Positions 27,375 to 33,526 of a stretch of DNA of 33,526 nt are shown here, one piece after another (positions within the stretch are counted from its first letter, which is position 1; each line of letters starts with the position of its first letter). Source of the stretch: an uncultured Blautia sp. Lineage in GTDB: Bacteria; Bacillota; Clostridia; Lachnospirales; Lachnospiraceae. A model generated the notes under the pieces. The model saw only the letters and a program-made list of their open reading frames with translations. It was not told the origin of the DNA and made no database searches. The stretch spans positions 8,465-41,990 of the forward strand of contig CAZJYM010000002.1 in the NCBI GenBank assembly GCA_964550245.1, written 5' to 3'. The position numbers and the translations under genes were made by a program.

Positions 27375-30119
27375 AGCTTCACTGCCAAGAATCCGGTACA
27401 ACAGATCCGCCAGGCCCACGTTGTACCCGGCTCCGCTGTAGACGGCCCGGGCTCCTCCTTTTAAGATCACCGCAAAGGGCAGACGGTCCGGCTTCTGATC
27501 CACCGCCCGGGCCAGATCCTGAAACTCCTGGCCAAAGTCGTGATAAAGAACCTGCAGGGAAGGAATGGCCTTCCGGGTGCCCATCAGGGTGGGATCCAGA
27601 AGGTCTTCCGGGGATTTCACCACCACATAGAGGGGCTGGGTGAGGGAGTCAAACTTTTCACTGTCCTCAATGAGCTCATTTAAGATGTGCTCCGTAGGTT
27701 CTCTCGTAACCTCCAGCCAGATCAAAAGAGCGCTTCCCTCCCCGGAGAGATCCCCCAGATGGACACTTTCTCCCGAAGGCGTCTTAAAGGTAAGATCGGG
27801 AAGGGAAGTTTCCTTCCTCTGCTCTCCCCCCGAGATCTCTCCCAGGGTAAGTTCCAGGGAAATCGAATCCCCTGCCTCCAGCCGGAAGGTTTTCATCCGT
27901 ACCAGCTGAGAACCATCATGGCGCCGGTTGGAGGTGAGAGCCCGGTAGATCCCCGGCTCCAGGTCCAGCTGTACCTGATTCTTTTCCAGCTCCGCGAAGC
28001 GGTCCCAGAGTCTCACTCCTTCATAGTGGTCCCCGGCAAAGTGATCCAGGGAATAATGGGCCCATTCCGTGAGCTTCAGGGAATCACTGCCCCGAAGAGT
28101 CAGCTTCCCAGTTGGCACTTCCTTCTTTTCCTCCCCCTGGAAATGTCCGTCCTGATAATATTCCACAGTGCCGTCCAGGATGCGGATCCGGGCGGGAATG
28201 CCCAAAGCCCGGTAAAGGTTTACACAGAACACCTTCCTGGACATGGTGCTTCCGATACCGCCCCGCAGACACCCCAGCGGAGAGGTGACCAGATCTTCAT
28301 ACTCCTTTTCCGGGATGGAATGGATCCACTGATCCGTAAGTTTCAGCAAAATAGCGGGATCCAGGCGAATGGCCTCTTTTTCTGCCTCACTCATTCCCTT
28401 GGCCAGAAAGCTCCTCTGCTTTCGTACCATCTCGTTGGCCACCCGGGGATTGACCAGGAAGGGATAGAACACTCTTCCGGGAATCTTTCCCCCGAAGGGG
28501 GCCGAGTTCTCACAGCACTCCTTTAAGATGTCCGCCCGGATGTCCCACAGATCCTTTTCCCGCAGGGAACGAAGAACCTCCAGTTTCCAGCTGCCCCTTT
28601 TCCGGTTTTCACCTTTCTCAAAGGGATTGGGGAAGAATACCTGTTCTTTGGGGTCTGCCTCCAGGTCAAAGCGCTCCTGCTCTTTTAAACAGTCGGAGTC
28701 CCAGGAGAGGAATTCCAGGATCTGATCCAGATTTCCCAGGGAACGACGCAGAATCTCCTCCAGTTCCTCCCTTTCTTCCTCCGGAAAACTTTTCAGTACT
28801 GCATTAACCTTCTCTTCATTGTAAAACAGAGCCTTCTTCCGGTCCCGGTGCTCTTCCGCCTTCTGGTTTCTCAGTATTCCCGTTTCCTTCTGCTCCGGGG
28901 TAAGGGTATCATCATTCACATGGGAGGGTTTGGGAGCACAAAACTCCATCTCCACAAAGTCATCCGTAAGCTCTACTTCTTTATGAAGCACCAGAGAGAC
29001 TTCCCGGCTCTCTCCTTCCTCACAGCCCGTGAGAGAGATCCTCTCCTCCCCGTAGAGCACCTCTTTCCCGGAATCAAAAGATCCCGTCACAAACAGATCC
29101 CCGTATCCGGTGATCATGCTTACGGTACCGTCCCCTGCTGCCCTAAGAAAGGCAATGGGACGCAACTCCCCGGAATTGACCACCTGGAATTCCACCTTTG
29201 ATCCCGGCAGGGGATGTCCCTCCTCATCCTCCACACAAACCGTAAGGGGGATGGTCCTGGCATACCGCTCCATGTGATTTAATACATGGCTCATGCCCTT
29301 TGTTCCCAGCACCGGTTCCAGGGGTTCATCGGGACCGAACCATCTGGAATGAAGCAGCATGGCCCTGGAAGATGGTTCGATAAACCATCCGTAGTTTAAT
29401 CTCTCCTCCGGCTCACAGGCTCCGAAAAACTTCCAGCCTCCGTCGCACCAGGCTTCCACCCAGGCATGGTTGTCATCACAGTGCACCCACAGAGGAGCGT
29501 ACACCTGTCTGGCCGGGATCCCCAGGCTTCGAAGAACCGTAATGGCAAAGGTGGATTCCTCCCCGCAGCGCCCGGTAGCGGTGGAATACATGGTGCGGGC
29601 ATTCTGGGTTCTTCCGTCGGTGGAGCGGTAGGTTCCCTCCCCGGCACACCAGTAGTTGGCTTCAATCACGGTCTTTTCCATGTCTCCGGGGACAATGGAA
29701 CCTCCCGCCTTCTCATAAAAGAATCCTCTCAGATCCACCAGATCCTCGTTGTTTACCCGGTGATGCAGCACATAGTTGGCAAAGAGCCTCTCCGGTACCT
29801 TCCCGGCAAAGGGCCCTTCCTTCCAGAGAAAAACCCCGTGTCTGGCAAAGGAGAGAAACAATTCCGCCGGATAGTCCAAAAGATCGCTGAAAGGCATGGC
29901 GCTGTAGAGAAACTGCAGGGCTTCCCCCTCATCTGCAGAACATCCCTTCAGGGTATTCAAAATCTCCTCTTTCTTTTCCCGAAGCAGGGGAAGGCGCAAG
30001 GAAGCAAGTCCTTCCAAACCCGCGGATTCCCGCTCCAGTCTTTCAATTTCCTCATCCATCAGGGAGATCTGCGCAGAAAAAGCCTCCCGGATCTCTGACA
30101 TATATTCTGTTGAAAACAT
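27369..30119 (-). CDS. Transglutaminase-like (PNGase-type Cys-His) multidomain protein, no signal peptide
   Basis: TGRCGEES, LRSLGIPARQVY, DDNHAWVE, GACEPE. A second degenerate module (NPRVANE...YRALGIPARI) and a C-terminal thioredoxin-like region lacking CxxC. GGAGG RBS. Confidence 0.85.
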   Translation of the reverse strand: MFSTEYMSEIREAFSAQISLMDEEIERLERESAGLEGLASLRLPLLREKKEEILNTLKGCSADEGEALQFLYSAMPFSDLLDYPAELFLSFARHGVFLWKEGPFAGKVPERLFANYVLHHRVNNEDLVDLRGFFYEKAGGSIVPGDMEKTVIEANYWCAGEGTYRSTDGRTQNARTMYSTATGRCGEESTFAITVLRSLGIPARQVYAPLWVHCDDNHAWVEAWCDGGWKFFGACEPEERLNYGWFIEPSSRAMLLHSRWFGPDEPLEPVLGTKGMSHVLNHMERYARTIPLTVCVEDEEGHPLPGSKVEFQVVNSGELRPIAFLRAAGDGTVSMITGYGDLFVTGSFDSGKEVLYGEERISLTGCEEGESREVSLVLHKEVELTDDFVEMEFCAPKPSHVNDDTLTPEQKETGILRNQKAEEHRDRKKALFYNEEKVNAVLKSFPEEEREELEEILRRSLGNLDQILEFLSWDSDCLKEQERFDLEADPKEQVFFPNPFEKGENRKRGSWKLEVLRSLREKDLWDIRADILKECCENSAPFGGKIPGRVFYPFLVNPRVANEMVRKQRSFLAKGMSEAEKEAIRLDPAILLKLTDQWIHSIPEKEYEDLVTSPLGCLRGGIGSTMSRKVFCVNLYRALGIPARIRILDGTVEYYQDGHFQGEEKKEVPTGKLTLRGSDSLKLTEWAHYSLDHFAGDHYEGVRLWDRFAELEKNQVQLDLEPGIYRALTSNRRHDGSQLVRMKTFRLEAGDSISLELTLGEISGGEQRKETSLPDLTFKTPSGESVHLGDLSGEGSALLIWLEVTREPTEHILNELIEDSEKFDSLTQPLYVVVKSPEDLLDPTLMGTRKAIPSLQVLYHDFGQEFQDLARAVDQKPDRLPFAVILKGGARAVYSGAGYNVGLADLLYRILGSEAL

Positions 30120-30151
30120 CCATTAACCTCCAAACATAAGTGGTAAGCAGC

Positions 30152-30180
30152 ATTATAGCAAAGCCTGCACGGGAAGGCAA
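30152..30180 (-). promoter_or_regulatory. Putative promoter of the transglutaminase-like gene
   Basis: TTGCCT-17 bp-TATAAT with TGn. Confidence 0.65.
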
Positions 30181-30227
30181 GGATTCTCCCGCGATGGAGG
30201 CCATGACATTTCACATTCCTCCTTCAC

Positions 30228-30257
30228 AAAAACAGTCAGGCCTTTCGGCCTGACTGT
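30228..30257 (-). terminator. Intrinsic terminator after paralogue A
   Basis: ACAGTCAGGCC-GAAA-GGCCTGACTGT-TTTT. Confidence 0.9.
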
Positions 30258-30272
30258 CCTGCAAAAGCTCTC

Positions 30273-31061
30273 TCAGTTCATGATCGAAAGCTTCCCCGTT
30301 TTGATGTCGTATTCGTATTCCGTGGTTCCATGACCCGGCACATCGTCGATCACAAAGGCACCGACTTTGCCCTTCTCCACACCGGAGAGCTGCGCAATGC
30401 CCCCGGGGCCGCTGGCCTTCAGGGAGAACAGCGTTTTACGCCCGGATCCGTTCAGAGAGCTCTGGAATACTGTCATTTCCTTCACGCCGTCCTGCCCGTA
30501 GGCGGCATAGTAAACTTTCTTCCCGTCCACGAGGATCTGACCGATCCGGTTCCCCACTTTTCCGGCCGCTTTCATCCGGTTGCCGGAGATTTTCCATCTG
30601 TACAGGGGCTGGGGATTCAGCATGGGATCCGCCACATGAACCTTATAGCCGTACAGGTACTGCCCTCCTGCACAGACAAAATCACAGGCACTGATGGCTT
30701 TTGTCTTTTTCCCGGTCCGGGTGTCCACACAGTACAGGGGGCCTGCTTTGGTATCGATCTCTGAATTCCTTATTCCTACGTAAAGCCTGTTGTTATAGGC
30801 ATACACCATGGAAAGGGACTGATTGCTCTTTAACTTCCAGGAGGCAAACTTCTCTGCCTTTGGCTGATCAGCGGCAAGCCTGTACAGAACCCCTTCCTTG
30901 ATGTAATAGCTGTCATCCGCACTGTTGCTCCAGAGGTAGGGATTTACCCTGTTCCAGGTGATGGATTTGGCCTCCACCGGGACAGTTCCCAGGGCCAGAA
31001 TCAATACCAGTCCCAGGATGAGAAGACAGGACAGTCTTCCCGGTTTCTTTTTCTGTTTCAT
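30273..31061 (-). CDS. Secreted beta-rich (probably propeller-like) hypothetical protein, paralogue A, 262 aa
   Basis: AAGGAGG RBS, signal peptide MKQKKK...PVEA, clear paralogy with 31191-31979. Confidence 0.85.
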   Translation of the reverse strand: MKQKKKPGRLSCLLILGLVLILALGTVPVEAKSITWNRVNPYLWSNSADDSYYIKEGVLYRLAADQPKAEKFASWKLKSNQSLSMVYAYNNRLYVGIRNSEIDTKAGPLYCVDTRTGKKTKAISACDFVCAGGQYLYGYKVHVADPMLNPQPLYRWKISGNRMKAAGKVGNRIGQILVDGKKVYYAAYGQDGVKEMTVFQSSLNGSGRKTLFSLKASGPGGIAQLSGVEKGKVGAFVIDDVPGHGTTEYEYDIKTGKLSIMN

Positions 31062-31147
31062 TTTGGTATCACCCTCCTTTTGTGTTGCTTTTCCATCCAT
31101 AAGTGTAACACAGGCGGAAGGGAGATGCAATGGCTTTCCTTGTCCTC

Positions 31148-31181
31148 AAAAGAAGCGCCGCAAACTGCGCGGCGCTTCTTT
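31148..31181 (-). terminator. Terminator between the paralogues
   Basis: 13-bp stem AAAGAAGCGCCGC / GCGGCGCTTCTTT. Confidence 0.8.
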
Positions 31182-31190
31182 AAGGGAAGA

Positions 31191-31979
31191 TCAGTCTCTG
31201 GCCGTGAGCTTCCCCGTTTTGATGTTGTATTCGTATTCCGTAGATTTACCGAGGATTTCATCGATCACATAGGCACTGATAATGCCATCCTCCACATAAA
31301 CCATCCGAGCAGTGCCGTTGGATCCTTTCGCTTTCAGGGAAAACAGCTTTTTGCGGCCGGATCCGTTCAGGTTGCTCTGGAATACGGTCATGTTCCTGAC
31401 GCCGTCCTTCCCGTAGGAGGCATAGTAGACCTTCTTCCCCACGATCTGGGCATTACTGATCCGGTCTCCCACTTTTCCGGCCAGTTTCATCCGGTTGCCG
31501 GAGATTTTCCATCTGTACAGGGGATGGGGATTCGCCCAGGGATCCGCCACATGAGTCTTAAATCCGTACAGGTACTGTCCTCCCGCACATACAACCTTAC
31601 AGGCACTGATGGCCCTGGTCGATTTCCCGGTGCGGATGTCCACGCAGTACAGGGGTCCACCTTTTGTATCGGGGCCTGCGACCCTGACTCCCACGTAAAG
31701 CCTGTTGTTACTGGCATACTCCAGGGAAAGGTACTGGTTGTCCGTTAACTTCCAGGAAGCAAGTTTCTGGCCCTCTCCTTCCTGATCCCCGATAATCCTG
31801 TACAGGGCATCTTCCTTGCAGTAAAATCTGTCATTCTCACTGTTGCTCCAGATGTAGGGATTTACCGTTTCCCAGGTGATGGATTTGGCCTGCACCGGGA
31901 CAGTTCCCAGGGCCAGAATCAAAACCAGTCCCAGGATCAGAAGACTGGCCAGTCTTCCCGGTTTCTTCTTCTGTTTCAT
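31191..31979 (-). CDS. Secreted beta-rich hypothetical protein, paralogue B, 262 aa
   Basis: AAGGAG RBS, signal peptide MKQKKK...PVQA. Confidence 0.85.
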   Translation of the reverse strand: MKQKKKPGRLASLLILGLVLILALGTVPVQAKSITWETVNPYIWSNSENDRFYCKEDALYRIIGDQEGEGQKLASWKLTDNQYLSLEYASNNRLYVGVRVAGPDTKGGPLYCVDIRTGKSTRAISACKVVCAGGQYLYGFKTHVADPWANPHPLYRWKISGNRMKLAGKVGDRISNAQIVGKKVYYASYGKDGVRNMTVFQSNLNGSGRKKLFSLKAKGSNGTARMVYVEDGIISAYVIDEILGKSTEYEYNIKTGKLTARD

Positions 31980-32077
31980 TTGTATCACTCTCCTTCTGTG
32001 TTGCTTTTCCTTCCATATAAAAAGTGTAGCACAGGCTGAGTGCGGATGCAATGGCTATTAAACCCGGGAAAAATCAG

Positions 32078-33400
32078 CTAGGAAAGAGATACTCTTACGG
32101 GGCTGTCGCTGTCCTGTGTTGAACCGTTGCCCAAAGCGCCGTGACTGTTATCGCCCCATATCCAGAGGCTTCCATCCTTCTTAATCACAGCACTTCTCAT
32201 ATCTGCGAAACTTACATACTTCACTCCGGTCATGGCTCTCTCAGGGTTGTTGCTTCCTTTGGGCTGCTCTCCAAAACGGTAATTAAATCCCCAGGTCCAG
32301 AGACTTCCATCTTTTTTCAGTGCTGCTCTTATACCTCCCAGACTCACGGACTGCACACCCGTCAGTATTTTCTCAGGAGTGGTGATATATCTTGACCGGC
32401 TGCCGTCCACCAATTCTAAGCCCCATCTCCAGAGACTTCCATCCGTTTTCACCGCTGCAGCAGCTCCAACGGTTCCCAGACATACGGACTTGACACCGGT
32501 CATCACTTTCGTGGGAGTATAGGAGGTCTGTTTTGACCCGTTGCCCAGCTGGCCATGGAAATTATCGCCCCAGGTCCAGAGGCTTCCGTCTGTTTTGACT
32601 ACGGCATTGGAGCCGGAGTTTATGCTGACAGACTGTACATCTGTCATCACCTGCACGGGTTTGGTGAGATTCTGATTACTGTTTCCATTTATTGGTCCTC
32701 CGGCTCCCCACATCCAGAGAGTGCCGTCTGTTTTTACCGCAGCGGTGTAATGAGGCCCAACACACAGATATTTCACACCGGACATTACCCGCACGGGTTT
32801 GCTGCTGTTCTGGGTAGTGCCGTTTCCCAGCTGCCCGTACTGATTATATCCCCACATCCAGAGGCTGCCGTCATTCTTGATGGCGCCGCTGTGGAAGTTT
32901 CCCACGCTCACGGACTTTACCCCGGACATTATCTTTACAGGTCTGTAACTGTCCTGCGTACTCCCGTTCCCCAGCTGTCCATAGTCATTAAGTCCCCACA
33001 TCCAAAGACTTCCGTCTTTTGTAACAGCTCCGGTGTGGTAATTTCCCAAACTCACAGATGAAAATGCACTGTCAACGTTTTTCACTGTAACTTTACACTG
33101 AGCAGTTACTCCGTTTGCCCTGGCGGTAATCGTTGTCTTCCCGGTTTTTATTGCCGTTACTTTTCCCCTGGAACCCACCGTCGCCACGCTCGGATTGCTG
33201 GACCGCCAGACTACCCTCTGGCTTGGACCCTTTACCGCAGCCTTCAGACGAATGGTTCCATTTCCGGGTATGTAGAGTGTTGTTTTGCTCGTGTTCAAAG
33301 TAATGGAGGGAGGGGAAGCCTGCACCGGAATAATAAAAGTTCCTGCCAACACAGCCACTGTCAAAAGAAATGCCGCCAGTTTTTTCCATATCTTTCTCAT
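32078..33400 (-). CDS. Secreted protein with a bacterial Ig-like (Big_2) domain and seven RCC1/BLIP-II repeats
   Basis: Signal peptide ending PVQA, VVWRSSNPSVATV...GKVTAIKTGKTTITA, and seven copies of xDG(S/T)LWxWG, several followed by NxxGQLGNG. Confidence 0.92.
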   Translation of the reverse strand: MRKIWKKLAAFLLTVAVLAGTFIIPVQASPPSITLNTSKTTLYIPGNGTIRLKAAVKGPSQRVVWRSSNPSVATVGSRGKVTAIKTGKTTITARANGVTAQCKVTVKNVDSAFSSVSLGNYHTGAVTKDGSLWMWGLNDYGQLGNGSTQDSYRPVKIMSGVKSVSVGNFHSGAIKNDGSLWMWGYNQYGQLGNGTTQNSSKPVRVMSGVKYLCVGPHYTAAVKTDGTLWMWGAGGPINGNSNQNLTKPVQVMTDVQSVSINSGSNAVVKTDGSLWTWGDNFHGQLGNGSKQTSYTPTKVMTGVKSVCLGTVGAAAAVKTDGSLWRWGLELVDGSRSRYITTPEKILTGVQSVSLGGIRAALKKDGSLWTWGFNYRFGEQPKGSNNPERAMTGVKYVSFADMRSAVIKKDGSLWIWGDNSHGALGNGSTQDSDSPVRVSLS

Positions 33401-33459
33401 AACTTCACCCCAAACTGCGAATCTGATACCTTTCTTTTTTCGTCTATTAAGGCCTTCCG

Positions 33460-33525
33460 CTACTCTTCATCCTCGTCACCAAGCCCCTGACACAGGGCAT
33501 CCAGCAGCACCCTGTCTCCGTCGCA
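33460..33525 (-). CDS. 3' end of an upstream gene (...CDGDRVLLDALCQGLGDEDEE*)
   Basis: Open frame from the window edge to TAG at 33460-33462. Confidence 0.4.
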   Translation of the reverse strand, partial: CDGDRVLLDALCQGLGDEDEE

Positions 33526-33526
33526 C

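Larger units (their letters stand above)
30273..32056 (-). repeat. Diverged tandem duplication of about 0.92 kb including promoter, leader and CDS
   Basis: Both copies carry TTGCAT-17-TACACT (31102-31130; 32023-32051), similar leaders and equal-length CDSs. Confidence 0.9.

Noticed and set aside
30273-33400. Diversity-generating retroelement (repeat pair plus repeat-rich target)
   Set aside because: There is no reverse transcriptase, the mismatches are not visibly adenine-specific, and both copies are full genes with promoters.

Overview
Chromosomal segment from a moderately GC-rich Firmicute. Gene content and promoter/RBS style suggest Lachnospiraceae (Blautia-like), which is an inference. 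Left (1-11.3 kb) is a minus-strand housekeeping run: lepA, a small Pro/Thr-rich lipoprotein, hemW, uvrA, an mreB/mbl paralogue, recD2 and two membrane proteins. Middle (11.5-23.8 kb) holds a decayed AlbA/Schlafen-domain pseudogene, cut off by a carbohydrate-utilisation locus. That locus encodes ApbE, a YesM/YesN-type two-component system, an ABC binding protein with two permeases, a GH106-like hydrolase and a GH91 difructose-anhydride hydrolase-like enzyme. Right (23.9-33.5 kb) has a MATE exporter and a degenerate PD-(D/E)XK-like protein. It also has a CBM9-like gene converging on a large PNGase/transglutaminase-like gene, two tandem secreted paralogues, and an Ig + RCC1-repeat secreted protein with foreign-looking composition. 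I found no CRISPR array, RNA gene, transposase, integrase or reverse transcriptase. The best candidates for an undescribed system are (i) the cytoplasmic PNGase-like/CBM9-like pair, with a possible antisense arrangement, and (ii) the GH91/GH106/ABC locus. All family assignments come from motif recognition by eye, not database searches.
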